From a virus (taxonomy: Duplodnaviria; Heunggongvirae; Uroviricota; Caudoviricetes), in IMG/VR virus record IMGVR_UViG_3300021431_000082, positions 8,047 through 72,046 of that record: DNA of 64,000 nt. One strand, given 5' to 3'. Position numbers and translations under genes: made by a program. The stretch's first letter is position 1; every line of letters begins with the position of its first letter. A model generated the notes under the pieces. That model was not told where the DNA came from. It searched no databases and was given only the letters and a program-made list of their open reading frames with translations. Shown piece after piece: positions 20,309 through 29,389 of the stretch.

Positions 20309-20628
20309 AATTCGCCGTTGTCGAAATTTGATGTCGCAACTTTGTCCCCTGTCAATCGTGACACGGTCACAAAATATCTCCCGGGTTTAGTTGGCGTCCC
20401 CTCATCAATTGGAGTCCACCGCTGTACGGATGCATCATCGTCTAACGTGTCTGACTTATCGTTTAACCATTCTGCCAACATCTTCTCGCATTTCGGGCAC
20501 AAATCAACAGGTTGCCACCCTAGCACGAAGTCTTCTAGTCTACTTATGGAGAGCGCAGGCAATACCATGTTTAATATTGGATTCGTGTTGATTTTAGCGC
20601 CACATTTGTCGCATGTTTTTATAGTCAT
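20221..20628 (-). CDS. DUF551-like protein with N-terminal zinc ribbon
   Basis: CDKCGAKI...CPKCEK plus C-terminal LAWMPLPKPYRPEGEDH. Confidence 0.45.
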   Translation of the reverse strand: MTIKTCDKCGAKINTNPILNMVLPALSISRLEDFVLGWQPVDLCPKCEKMLAEWLNDKSDTLDDDASVQRWTPIDEGTPTKPGRYFVTVSRLTGDKVATSNFDNGEFWDGGVLAWMPLPKPYRPEGEDHGKEVLK

Positions 20629-20648
20629 TCCTTCTCTCCTTCCATTTG

Positions 20649-20909
20649 TTATATTAATGATAGTTTATCCTGCATACATGCAATAACCTGTTCTTTGGTA
20701 TAGCTTTCACGGCCATAAAACTTATCTGCTGCATACTCTATTTGAAACATATTACACGACGGACAACTTACAATCCAGTTTTTATATGATCCATCCATGC
20801 CATAATTATGGTAAGTGATGCCAATCTGTAAAATATTATTGCAAATCGGGCACTTTAAATTACTCATTCCTGTTCCACTTCCCGGTATGATTTCGGCAAC
20901 GGCATCCAC
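20649..20909 (-). CDS. zinc-ribbon protein
   Basis: CPICNN...CPSCN. Confidence 0.35.
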   Translation of the reverse strand: MDAVAEIIPGSGTGMSNLKCPICNNILQIGITYHNYGMDGSYKNWIVSCPSCNMFQIEYAADKFYGRESYTKEQVIACMQDKLSLI

Positions 20910-21247
20910 GCCCGAACTTCCTCATCCCAATCGTCAAAGTCATCACCGTCAAAAAATTCGGACTTTACATAGTCACCAATCATCAGTGAGACAGTCACAA
21001 GGTAGTTCCCCGGTTTTGACGGCAGTTTCTCCGTCACTGGAGTCCACCGCTGTGCCGCTGCATATCCAGCTTGATAGCCCATGCGATAGGACTTAGGTTC
21101 GGACTGTGCGGACGGCAGTGCCTCAATTTCGTTATATAAGTCTTTAGGGCAAACCGTATCAGTCTCTAACATTCCGTCAAAATATCCATGTAATACATCC
21201 AATGCCGCATTAAGACTTATCAGTCTATCATCCTTCATGCTTATCAT
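20864..21247 (-). CDS. DUF551-like protein
   Basis: C-terminal RAWMPLPKSYRE. Confidence 0.45.
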   Translation of the reverse strand: MISMKDDRLISLNAALDVLHGYFDGMLETDTVCPKDLYNEIEALPSAQSEPKSYRMGYQAGYAAAQRWTPVTEKLPSKPGNYLVTVSLMIGDYVKSEFFDGDDFDDWDEEVRAWMPLPKSYREVEQE

Positions 21248-21608
21248 CTCCTTCCGGTCGGTACGGAGCCGGCAGAGGCATCCATGCGATTACTTTTAAT
21301 GTTTCCGCCGCCGAATCAACAACACCACCATCCACTCTGCCATACAGGTCATCGTCTCCCATAAACAATCCGTGGATGTATTGCATCTCTACAACACCGT
21401 TATACTCAGGTTTACATCCCTGATATGTAACCAAAACTTTTTCATAATTGTGTGGCATTGTTTTAGGGGTGCACGGTATCCACAGCCTGTGTACCACCCG
21501 AGTAGCATCCCGCCTTCCTTTTTCATAAGCCTCCCGATACAGCCGATCAATACATGTCTCTGTTTGTTTCTGTTTAATTCTCTCCAGATTGCACATTATC
21601 ATCTCCAT
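21228..21608 (-). CDS. DUF551-like protein
   Basis: C-terminal IAWMPLPAPYRPEGDDKHEG. Confidence 0.45.
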   Translation of the reverse strand: MEMIMCNLERIKQKQTETCIDRLYREAYEKGRRDATRVVHRLWIPCTPKTMPHNYEKVLVTYQGCKPEYNGVVEMQYIHGLFMGDDDLYGRVDGGVVDSAAETLKVIAWMPLPAPYRPEGDDKHEG

Positions 21609-21918
21609 TTGGACATAGGATTTCTAGGATACGCACAGCCTGGTCATAAGTAAGTTTGGTTTCTTCAAACATCTTACGACACTTTCTAACGGTCTCTTTC
21701 TCATATATCTGTCTTAGTCTTTCATCTGTCAGCGGAACGATCCGCTCATAACTCCAAATGTCATTAGAAAAAGCACTCCCGTCTTTTCGATAGGTTTCTT
21801 CGTACCCGGATTCAAAGCGAACAACCACTCTGCCTGTAGGTGTGATACGTTTTACAGTACCGATTGAGTCATTGGTGGTTACTACTAATTGACCAACCGA
21901 AAACTTATGTTCATCCAT
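21574..21918 (-). CDS. hypothetical protein
   Basis: 114-aa ORF. Confidence 0.4.
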   Translation of the reverse strand: MDEHKFSVGQLVVTTNDSIGTVKRITPTGRVVVRFESGYEETYRKDGSAFSNDIWSYERIVPLTDERLRQIYEKETVRKCRKMFEETKLTYDQAVRILEILCPNGDDNVQSGEN

Positions 21919-22046
21919 ATTCTTTCTCCAACCAAAATTACTATGACCACGATTTTAAAAACAACATCCATACAAAAGAGGCAAATATTAATCCGCAATT
22001 GATAATCGAAAAATCATCAATATAAGTATGGTGATTTTAACCAATA

Positions 22047-22526
22047 TCATTTAACGAATACCTCGTAATCGTATTTTCTATATCTGTTTATATCATCTGT
22101 GATAATATCGTAGCTTCTATCGTTGTCGTTTGCTGTCTCAACGAAAGAGCCTCCAGAGAATAGAAAGCGCATTAGTCTGTCCTCGTCATAAAGAATCTTT
22201 TCGAGTGTGTCGCCCCACTCATCGCTGTGATCAATGTAATAGTATTCTCTTGATCCTTCGTCGAGCTTAACGCCATTCTTTTCTAATACTCTGCGAAGCT
22301 GATCAATGTACACATCACGGTTTTCAGAACTGTAGATCATCGTGAGAAGGTAGTCAGCTTTGTCGTATTTGTTATCATAAACGCGGTGCTCCCACCAATA
22401 TTCACTGGTGGTACACCTTAAAACGCTGGGAATGTTGTCACCAGTTGGTTTATTATTTGAGATACAAATGCAATGCACCGAGCTACTATTAGTTTCAAAC
22501 ATCCATGTTCTAATCTTTCTCGCCAT
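22047..22526 (-). CDS. FETNSS-family protein (paralog of 51921-53194 genes)
   Basis: N-terminus MARKIRTWMFETNSSSVHCICI matches three tandem genes at 51.9-53.2 kb. Confidence 0.45.
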   Translation of the reverse strand: MARKIRTWMFETNSSSVHCICISNNKPTGDNIPSVLRCTTSEYWWEHRVYDNKYDKADYLLTMIYSSENRDVYIDQLRRVLEKNGVKLDEGSREYYYIDHSDEWGDTLEKILYDEDRLMRFLFSGGSFVETANDNDRSYDIITDDINRYRKYDYEVFVK

Positions 22527-22591
22527 ATTTTTCCTTGCTTTTAAATAAGTCCTTTGAGATTACGTTCAATCCCATAACTCTCGATCAGGCA

Positions 22592-22972
22592 TTAGAATCC
22601 GTCATTATAATGCGCACAATCTATACACCGTAACCAATATCCAACTCGCTCTGCTGGTGGCAACTCCTTCAGTCTTTTCTGTGCTAAAGCATTGAATTTA
22701 GTCAACCAACGCACCGCTGCTTGATCATCAATTATGTAATCATCAATGTGCTCATCGTAATGTTTATCGGCTGTTTTTGCCAGTTCTATACAAGTATCGC
22801 GAATCATCCAAGCCACTGCTTCTCTATTGACCATGTTCCCGATATTTATATCAGAGGACCATTTGTGGCAATGTATGTGATTACAGTCACCGCCATTCTT
22901 GATGCAATCTTCACAATTCATCTTTCTCATCACCATAACTGCAAAAGTCATCAGGCCCCCAAAGATGCCCAA
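22592..22972 (-). CDS. Cys/His-rich protein
   Basis: 126 aa with multiple C/H clusters. Confidence 0.4.
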   Translation of the reverse strand: MGIFGGLMTFAVMVMRKMNCEDCIKNGGDCNHIHCHKWSSDINIGNMVNREAVAWMIRDTCIELAKTADKHYDEHIDDYIIDDQAAVRWLTKFNALAQKRLKELPPAERVGYWLRCIDCAHYNDGF

Positions 22973-23264
22973 ACCCTTGTGCTTCCTCTGCGTAACATTC
23001 CCCGTTCCAGTCGTGCCACCACTTACAATGTTGGCATCTGACTATCTTGATTGTCGGCTGTCTATCCAGAATATCGAGGAAGGCATTCAGCGTTGTTTCA
23101 ACTGACGCTTTGATTTTCATCTGCCAGGACTCAGTCGCAAGTTTTTGGATCTTTCTTTGCAGCTTATCAGCGTCAATCAGTCTCATGGTCACCGTCCTTC
23201 CCGTCCATTGTCGACCCACAGTGAGGACAGAAATTTGGTTCATACTCCAAACAAATATAGTCAA
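22911..23264 (-). CDS. IDADAL-family zinc-ribbon protein
   Basis: Contains MRLIDADKL followed by CQHCKWWHD. Confidence 0.4.
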   Translation of the reverse strand: MTIFVWSMNQISVLTVGRQWTGRTVTMRLIDADKLQRKIQKLATESWQMKIKASVETTLNAFLDILDRQPTIKIVRCQHCKWWHDWNGECYAEEAQGFGHLWGPDDFCSYGDEKDEL

Positions 23265-23463
23265 TACTTCCGCAAAAATCGTCTACTGGCATTCCACACA
23301 CCGAACAGCTTATTCCGCACTGAGTATCCGAACCAGTCCACCGCCCATGCACCACAGGACGAACCTCTTTTAGCACCTCAATCAACTTTTCATACTCTCC
23401 AAGCGTTATGTCGTTGTGATCAAGCTTATGATCCGCATCCCGAATTATTTCAATCGCATTCAT
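23173..23463 (-). CDS. zinc-ribbon protein
   Basis: HGRW...CSVCG...CPHCG. Confidence 0.4.
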   Translation of the reverse strand: MNAIEIIRDADHKLDHNDITLGEYEKLIEVLKEVRPVVHGRWTGSDTQCGISCSVCGMPVDDFCGSIDYICLEYEPNFCPHCGSTMDGKDGDHETD

Positions 23464-23469
23464 TTCCGT

Positions 23470-23718
23470 TCACCTCATTCGCGCACCGCAGTGATAACAG
23501 AAAAAACTTCTGAACTCCTCCCGAATATCTATCATCGCCCCACACTCTGAACACTTACGCATATTTCTGTACCCATCTGCATAACAACTGACCCACTTCC
23601 CCTTCTTCTGCTCAGGCTGTGCGGATGGCAACTACACCAACATCCTGTGTGCTTCGCTTTTGTCCTTTGCTTTGCGGACGGTATCAATTGCCGCCTGTTT
23701 ACTGATTAATTCGTCCAT
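23470..23718 (-). CDS. IDADAL-family-like zinc-ribbon protein with in-frame TAG (23632-23634)
   Basis: ATG 23718 to TGA 23470 is a single frame with one TAG. The two halves together reproduce the paralog architecture (N-terminal helical part, GKW, CSECG...CYHCG). Confidence 0.35.
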
Positions 23719-23921
23719 TCTTTAATTCTTACTCCTATTGCAGTTCTGATTTTATCCACGCAGTTCGGGCAAATTGTTCTTACATCATTGCAAGATGACA
23801 GTTCAAATCCTTCACAGCAAATAACGCACATCCTTCCGTATGATTTCATTGGTACGGTTTCAATCTGCGTTATCTCAATACATTCAGGATTGTACCGTAG
23901 TTCATCCTTCATTACCTTCAC
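23706..23921 (-). CDS. zinc-ribbon protein
   Basis: CVICCEGF...CPNC. Confidence 0.35.
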   Translation of the reverse strand: MKVMKDELRYNPECIEITQIETVPMKSYGRMCVICCEGFELSSCNDVRTICPNCVDKIRTAIGVRIKEWTN

Positions 23922-24134
23922 CGTCCTTCCGTTTCAACTCACGGCGTATTTCTTTAAGTTCCATCTGCACATCTCTCATTACAAGCAGGATTAGAACAAT
24001 GAAAGAAAACATAAGACCTTCAAATGATTCAATCATGCCGTTCAACGTCCTTCATCCCGTGCGTGTATCCGACAGCATAGCCCATTATCCATGCAAACAT
24101 AGCGCATACCACTGTAATGTATTCAGCAATAAAT

Positions 24135-24401
24135 TCAGTCATGGTGGTCACCGTCCATTCTTGCACCGCACACTGGGCAGAACTTATACAACATATTCGC
24201 CGCACTTGCTTCTGAGACAAATCCACAAGCAGAGCAAATCCAAAAGCCGTATCCGCTTGGGTCTTCCTTCCAGTGTCCATGCACCACAGGGACAGCATCC
24301 ACGGTCTGCTGTTCGTCAATCAGCTTTCTTGCCACTACTTCTCCATCGTAAAATCGTGTGAGGTCTTTCTTCAGCGCATCTGCGTCAATCAGTCTTCCCA
24401 T
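24135..24401 (-). CDS. IDADAL-family zinc-ribbon protein
   Basis: MGRLIDADALKK...VHGHWK...CSACG...CPVCG, with a GAGGTG RBS. Confidence 0.45.
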   Translation of the reverse strand: MGRLIDADALKKDLTRFYDGEVVARKLIDEQQTVDAVPVVHGHWKEDPSGYGFWICSACGFVSEASAANMLYKFCPVCGARMDGDHHD

Positions 24402-24404
24402 TTT

Positions 24405-24710
24405 CTACACCTCCATACTTGCACCACACCACGGACAGTGCGGGTATAACAAGTAGACTTCTTCAATTTCATCGTATGGGGCTTCTTTCCCACAGCATGA
24501 ACAGATACGCCTGTATTCCTCTCCGTCTTCTGTCACTGCTTTCCACTGTCCATGCACCGCAGGGACAGCATCCACGGTATCCTCGTTATCCACGATAGCA
24601 TCAATGGCATCATTCCACCCTTGACGGTAGAACGCACCGTCACCGAATTTGTTACACAGAATTTCCGGGAACTTACGCTCTGGTAACGCATCAGCGTCAA
24701 TCATTCTCAT
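24405..24710 (-). CDS. IDADAL-family zinc-ribbon protein (terminates with TAG)
   Basis: MRMIDADAL...VHGQWK...CSCCG...CPWCG. It is the only gene seen ending in TAG, and the next paralog follows in frame. Confidence 0.45.
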   Translation of the reverse strand: MRMIDADALPERKFPEILCNKFGDGAFYRQGWNDAIDAIVDNEDTVDAVPAVHGQWKAVTEDGEEYRRICSCCGKEAPYDEIEEVYLLYPHCPWCGASMEV

Positions 24711-25012
24711 ATCTTACCCTCATAGTCGGGGATGTAAACATGTCCTGTGCTCATGTACCATCTATTGAAGACTTTCAGTGGCTGTATTCTAATGTGGCCT
24801 CTCCACCACAAAGTATTCCACCAATGCTTCAGCCATTCATTCGTATGAAAGTCGTACACATTACCATCATCTCGGTCGTACCACATAAAGTGGGGGATAC
24901 CTGGGACACCATCATTGATTACCGGTGGAATGAAGATAATCCTGATGCTATCCCAGTACCTCAGCTTGGCCTTAATGGCCTCGATGAGACAGTTAGAGTA
25001 ATACTCTCTCAT
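24707..25012 (-). CDS. hypothetical protein
   Basis: 101 aa, W-rich. Confidence 0.4.
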   Translation of the reverse strand: MREYYSNCLIEAIKAKLRYWDSIRIIFIPPVINDGVPGIPHFMWYDRDDGNVYDFHTNEWLKHWWNTLWWRGHIRIQPLKVFNRWYMSTGHVYIPDYEGKI

Positions 25013-25242
25013 GTTTTACTCTTTACTACCTCGCTGATCAAAATCCCGATAAACCACACAACAGTTCCGATCTTCCAGGTGAAAGTTTGACCGATTAACA
25101 TACAAATTAGATACACAATTCCACATGTCGCTGCCCAACTGATAGCCATACAGACGATCACAAACAGAATGGTCAGGACGATCAGACCGCCCCACTCTTT
25201 AAGAAACTCAATCACCGAACCCCTCCCTACTAAGCTTTTCAA
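25009..25242 (-). CDS. small membrane protein
   Basis: 77 aa with two TM helices. Confidence 0.4.
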   Translation of the reverse strand: MKSLVGRGSVIEFLKEWGGLIVLTILFVIVCMAISWAATCGIVYLICMLIGQTFTWKIGTVVWFIGILISEVVKSKT

Positions 25243-25426
25243 ACAGCATCCTCATAACCTCTCGCTGGACAAGGAAGTCATCCTTTGACGGGTTGACCTT
25301 GTCGATCCAATCAATGTGCCTCTTAACTTCTGCGTCCTGAATGCGAAGGTTGATTGCATTCTGCGTGATACGAATGATCTGAGTGATCACCAGGATTGTC
25401 ACCATGATCGTCAGATAAGTATTCAT
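25208..25426 (-). CDS. small membrane protein
   Basis: 72 aa with an N-terminal TM helix. Confidence 0.35.
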   Translation of the reverse strand: MNTYLTIMVTILVITQIIRITQNAINLRIQDAEVKRHIDWIDKVNPSKDDFLVQREVMRMLFEKLSREGFGD

Positions 25427-25677
25427 TCTTCAATCTCCTTGACTTCATATTTGTCTGAATCGAAAATGACAAGCTTCATATGACTACCATCTTTGTGATT
25501 GAGGTTATAACCTGCGAGCTTGTAATCCATGTATTCTTTCTGTGACATAAGATGAGCAGCCACGGCCCCAACAGCATCGTATGTCACATCTACTCGGTCG
25601 GTCGAAGACATCAGGCCATTCTTTAAAATCTTCCCGTAGTAAATTGTTCCAAAGCATCCACACACAAGTTTCTTCAT
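25423..25677 (-). CDS. hypothetical protein
   Basis: 84-aa ORF. Confidence 0.35.
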   Translation of the reverse strand: MKKLVCGCFGTIYYGKILKNGLMSSTDRVDVTYDAVGAVAAHLMSQKEYMDYKLAGYNLNHKDGSHMKLVIFDSDKYEVKEIEE

Positions 25678-25982
25678 TCGTGCCTCGCATCAATAATGAT
25701 TTCAGCTTTATCTAATGCCGACGTCAGTCTTCTGCAAAAATCCCTGTCCGCATCAGTAACCGCATAGCTCAAACACTTCTCAAGGAACTCATCCGCATCA
25801 ATGATACGTCCGTGATTAGTTACAATCGGACAAAGCTTATGCCGCTTATCATCAATAACCTGGTGGTACTTCAGTCCACATGAAATCGCACAATCATTGC
25901 ATGACTTCGGGACCTTTTTAAGCCGTAACAGAACCATCGTTACCCTCCTGAATTTCATCGCAGTGAATATTAAACCATCCAT
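25674..25982 (-). CDS. hypothetical protein
   Basis: 102 aa, Cys-rich. Confidence 0.35.
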   Translation of the reverse strand: MDGLIFTAMKFRRVTMVLLRLKKVPKSCNDCAISCGLKYHQVIDDKRHKLCPIVTNHGRIIDADEFLEKCLSYAVTDADRDFCRRLTSALDKAEIIIDARHE

Positions 25983-26175
25983 GCCAGTCTCCAGTTCTTT
26001 CGAAAACTTCCCAATTACTTATATCTGTGGCATACTTGACGGCTTCATACTGCTCTTTCGTAAGATAGACATAGCCGGCTATATCATCTTCAGCTGCCAA
26101 CGCAACCTCACACTTGTACTTTCTCATCTTCCTCCCACGGGTATCTAACCTTGTTGCCGCAGTCGGGGCAAACAT
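25918..26175 (-). CDS. hypothetical protein
   Basis: 85-aa ORF. Confidence 0.3.
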   Translation of the reverse strand: MFAPTAATRLDTRGRKMRKYKCEVALAAEDDIAGYVYLTKEQYEAVKYATDISNWEVFERTGDWHGWFNIHCDEIQEGNDGSVTA

Positions 26176-26362
26176 TCAGATAATCTCTACGGTGTTCAAT
26201 CCCGTATACATGTATGCCGCCGCCGCAAAATGGACAGCTCCATACCGGATCACCACCCGCTGTTACAAACCCAGGTGTTTTGACCCAAACGCCTTTAGAA
26301 TTCTCCGACACTCTGCGCACCATCCTTATCTGACACATAGAGAGCACACTGAAGATCACCAA
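26108..26362 (-). CDS. zinc-ribbon protein
   Basis: CPFCGGG...CPDCGNK. Confidence 0.35.
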   Translation of the reverse strand: MVIFSVLSMCQIRMVRRVSENSKGVWVKTPGFVTAGGDPVWSCPFCGGGIHVYGIEHRRDYLNVCPDCGNKVRYPWEEDEKVQV

Positions 26363-26993
26363 TCGGCTCGAAGTAATACCACTTACCGTCGATCTTCTCC
26401 CACTCAGTCACAGCATAACCAAGGCTGTTGAAGTAATACTTGTGCTTGTTGATGACTTTCCAAGTATTCCACAGGTACTGTTTACCATCTTCCGAGTACC
26501 ACCATCCACCGGCATCGTGAGACCATCCGATCCTGTACTTCGGCGTATCAAACAGTTCCTTCTCTTTATTGCGGCGGACTGTCAGTCCCTTCACATGGCG
26601 GTATGTTCCATCAGGATTCTTTACCCGGTCATGGTTTGGAATGTCAGCGGAGATTTCAGCGATTGTCCGCTTGCCGTTATCAACGAGCTTATCAATTGAC
26701 CCGATATTGTAAGCGTATGAGACCATGGCATCGAACTGATTCTGGTTGAAGCGGTAGTGATCCTGCCACTTTGAAACCTTCGGGACGTAACGCTTCTGGA
26801 TGGTCTTCTTGAGCCATTCATCCGCCTGAGCCTGGGTGATCGTCATACCTTCTTTGATCTCGCCGATGATATCCTTGTCGTAGTTGGTATTGCCATAGCC
26901 GATAGTCAGAACGCCGACGATGTCATAGTAGGCCGTCAGTTTACATCCTTCGAACTGCTTAATTAATTCGAGACCGGCATCTGATATTGTCAT
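26295..26993 (-). CDS. GH24 (T4-type) lysozyme with C-terminal cell-wall-binding repeats
   Basis: LIKQFEGCKLTAYYDIVGVLTIGYG lysozyme motif with catalytic Glu, plus C-terminal GWWYSEDGKQYLWN / KYYFNSLGYAV repeats. Confidence 0.65.
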   Translation of the reverse strand: MTISDAGLELIKQFEGCKLTAYYDIVGVLTIGYGNTNYDKDIIGEIKEGMTITQAQADEWLKKTIQKRYVPKVSKWQDHYRFNQNQFDAMVSYAYNIGSIDKLVDNGKRTIAEISADIPNHDRVKNPDGTYRHVKGLTVRRNKEKELFDTPKYRIGWSHDAGGWWYSEDGKQYLWNTWKVINKHKYYFNSLGYAVTEWEKIDGKWYYFEPIGDLQCALYVSDKDGAQSVGEF

Positions 26994-27325
26994 TCCTTAC
27001 CTCTCCTAATCATAAAAGCTGCAACACTAGGATTGTTGCCGATCTTAGTAACCAAATCCTGAGAAAATGAATGCCATTCCATCGAGGTATCAAATCCTTC
27101 CACTACATTGAGTCCGACATAGAACACCGTAAATACCAGTAATCCGTTCCTTACTATATCCCCGACCGAAATTACATCATTGAAAGGTGTGAGTTTATCG
27201 AGCCCGTTCTGATCAAAGACAAGAGAGTTAAAGCCTTTAGCCTTCCAAAGCCCATTGGTAATCGGTTCGTCCTCAAGTTCAATTACGTACTTCTTCCCCA
27301 TCAATTTCCTCCTTAAGGTTCTCAA
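26990..27325 (-). CDS. hypothetical protein
   Basis: 111-aa ORF. Confidence 0.4.
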   Translation of the reverse strand: MRTLRRKLMGKKYVIELEDEPITNGLWKAKGFNSLVFDQNGLDKLTPFNDVISVGDIVRNGLLVFTVFYVGLNVVEGFDTSMEWHSFSQDLVTKIGNNPSVAAFMIRRGKE

Positions 27326-27704
27326 GGTTTACAGTGTCGGTCACCTTATCTATCGGATAGAGAGAATCTTTAGTACAGGTATTGATCTCTCCGTCGGAGT
27401 TAATAACATTGCAGTAGATCGTGCCCTTCATAGAGATGATGATCCCCTTTCTTCTATATGGAAGATTCGCCTCATCAACATCATCATAGAAGACATGTCT
27501 GCCGACTGTGAGCTTACCTTCCATATCCTGTTGATCCAGATAAGCTATGGCGTCTGCATATGTAACCCCGGTAAACTTCTCGTTACTTCTAAGCTGCTTG
27601 TAAAGGTTCCACCCATATTCAGGCGTATCCTCATACACATATGCTTTGACTACCGTACAGTTAGTCACAAGATTGATATCGTCTGCTTCAATTATGTAAG
27701 TCAT
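27279..27704 (-). CDS. hypothetical protein
   Basis: 141-aa ORF. Confidence 0.4.
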   Translation of the reverse strand: MTYIIEADDINLVTNCTVVKAYVYEDTPEYGWNLYKQLRSNEKFTGVTYADAIAYLDQQDMEGKLTVGRHVFYDDVDEANLPYRRKGIIISMKGTIYCNVINSDGEINTCTKDSLYPIDKVTDTVNLENLKEEIDGEEVRN

Positions 27705-27988
27705 TAAACCTCCGTATGCTGAAGCTTGAGCATGAGCAGTTCAGGAAGCTCTGTATACTCACCGGTTGGAGTCAGATGCATCTTATACGCCTTCTCAATG
27801 CATCCATTTTCCGTGAAGATCCAGGCACTATCACCATCGGTGTCCATCACTGCGGCCATAAGTCCATCGTCATAACATACAATCGCCCCAACTTCAATCT
27901 CGTCAATGTTACTATTGATAGTGATTGTTAAATTTTTTGCGTCAATTTTCATCTTTTTTTTCTCCAGGTTAAAATCCGTCCTAACCAC
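27704..27988 (-). CDS. hypothetical protein
   Basis: 94-aa ORF. Confidence 0.35.
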   Translation of the reverse strand: MVRTDFNLEKKKMKIDAKNLTITINSNIDEIEVGAIVCYDDGLMAAVMDTDGDSAWIFTENGCIEKAYKMHLTPTGEYTELPELLMLKLQHTEV

Positions 27989-28075
27989 TTTGGTATCTGG
28001 AACAGTACCTTATGCCCAGTGCAAACAAAATACTGGTCAGCCTGTCCTCTTGTGTTGTGCCATACATTCATCATA

Positions 28076-28396
28076 CTAAACTTGGTGTCCAATATTTTGG
28101 TCACCATTAACCTTGCTGATCAACTGGAATATACCGCTTATCTTTTCTGGAACCCCGTCCTTATATATCTCCACCTCAGACTCACCAATGTCTATGTCAA
28201 AGTCGTACGGTGGGAACGAGATCAGAATTGTGCCAGATGCCGTAGGAAATATCTCTGCATTTTTAGGGCACCAAATCAACATGAGCAGCGTTTTAAGTAT
28301 CACAAACCTCGGAATAGGATCGGCCTGGTATCCATTCCAGTTCTTTTTTAATCCTGCGATCTTCCAAAGCTTCTTTAGATTTGTCAGGTTTATCAT
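28076..28396 (-). CDS. hypothetical protein
   Basis: 106-aa ORF. Confidence 0.35.
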   Translation of the reverse strand: MINLTNLKKLWKIAGLKKNWNGYQADPIPRFVILKTLLMLIWCPKNAEIFPTASGTILISFPPYDFDIDIGESEVEIYKDGVPEKISGIFQLISKVNGDQNIGHQV

Positions 28397-28541
28397 GTAT
28401 ATACTCCTTTAGAATCCTGCATCCACCACAGCCATTGCGGTTCTTACATGGCCAGCAGTTGTCTGTGTCCCAGTAGAAATACGGCGGAGGTTCAGGTCTT
28501 TTCTTTCTCCGCTTTGATCCCATTCTTAGTGGCCTCATCAA
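28293..28541 (-). CDS. hypothetical basic protein
   Basis: 82-aa ORF with CWPC...CGGC. Confidence 0.3.
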   Translation of the reverse strand: MMRPLRMGSKRRKKRPEPPPYFYWDTDNCWPCKNRNGCGGCRILKEYIHDKPDKSKEALEDRRIKKELEWIPGRSYSEVCDT

Positions 28542-29061
28542 TCGTCAGGCGATGGTAGTTCGGGATGTTTGCCAGGACTCCTTTTTTAATTAGTTTCCCA
28601 AGATTAACCGGAGTATATCCACACACATTTGCTGCCAGATTCATATGATTCCGATGCTGTGTGCCGGCATGATCATGACCATGGAAGTTGAAGCAGAAAT
28701 CTTCGAGTCCAAAGATCGGTTCATGTGACAGAAGGATTCGGTCTGCGATAAACACCGGCCCATTGAACACTTCAGTGAAGTGACCATACATCTCAGACAC
28801 CTTGTCGTGATTACCAGTGATAAGGATCTTTCTTTTTGCTCTGACAAAATCAAACCAGGCTGTGTTTCCAACGTCTCCCAGATGAATCAAAGTGTCACAC
28901 GGCTGAACCTTTTGATTTATAATCTCTGCCTGAAGAAACGATGGAATCCATTTGGGGTCCATCAGCTTACAATCTTCATCATCAAAATGAGTATCTGAGA
29001 TTAGCCAGATTGAACCACCACGGCTCCACTCTGCGAAGCGATCATAAAGACTGTTAATCAT
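28492..29061 (-). CDS. metallophosphoesterase (calcineurin-like)
   Basis: ISDTHFDD, LGDVGN, ITGNHD motifs. Confidence 0.65.
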   Translation of the reverse strand: MINSLYDRFAEWSRGGSIWLISDTHFDDEDCKLMDPKWIPSFLQAEIINQKVQPCDTLIHLGDVGNTAWFDFVRAKRKILITGNHDKVSEMYGHFTEVFNGPVFIADRILLSHEPIFGLEDFCFNFHGHDHAGTQHRNHMNLAANVCGYTPVNLGKLIKKGVLANIPNYHRLTIDEATKNGIKAEKEKT

Positions 29062-29362
29062 ACTTTCTCCATTTATTTACAGTGAAGTCATCAGTGTTTG
29101 AACTATTGATTGTCCAACCTCCGGTGTCCTTATCCCATGTTGCATAGCTGAGATAAGAAATTCCGGTTGTATTGTCAGTCCAATCGGCCATTACTTGCTC
29201 ACCGTTCTTAGGAACATCCTGATCCACATTGATCCATCGTCCTGTAGACATCCTTGCTCTTCTCCTTGAGTGTGTGTTTCTTGATAGTTTCGAGTTCGAT
29301 CTCTGCTGCAATTTTGATTTCATGTTTTTCCTCGTCTGTAAGGTCTGGAAAGAGGTCGACAC
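29054..29362 (-). CDS. hypothetical basic protein
   Basis: 102-aa ORF. Confidence 0.35.
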   Translation of the reverse strand: MSTSFQTLQTRKNMKSKLQQRSNSKLSRNTHSRRRARMSTGRWINVDQDVPKNGEQVMADWTDNTTGISYLSYATWDKDTGGWTINSSNTDDFTVNKWRKYD

Positions 29363-29389
29363 ATTTGAGCTTCTTTAATACTTCCCTCA

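Noticed and set aside
24405-24710. Treating 24135-24710 as a single fused gene through the TAG
   Set aside because: The downstream paralog has its own strong RBS (GAGGTG) and start, and the two halves are complete duplicate domains. They are annotated as separate genes, with the in-frame TAG junction flagged as a finding.
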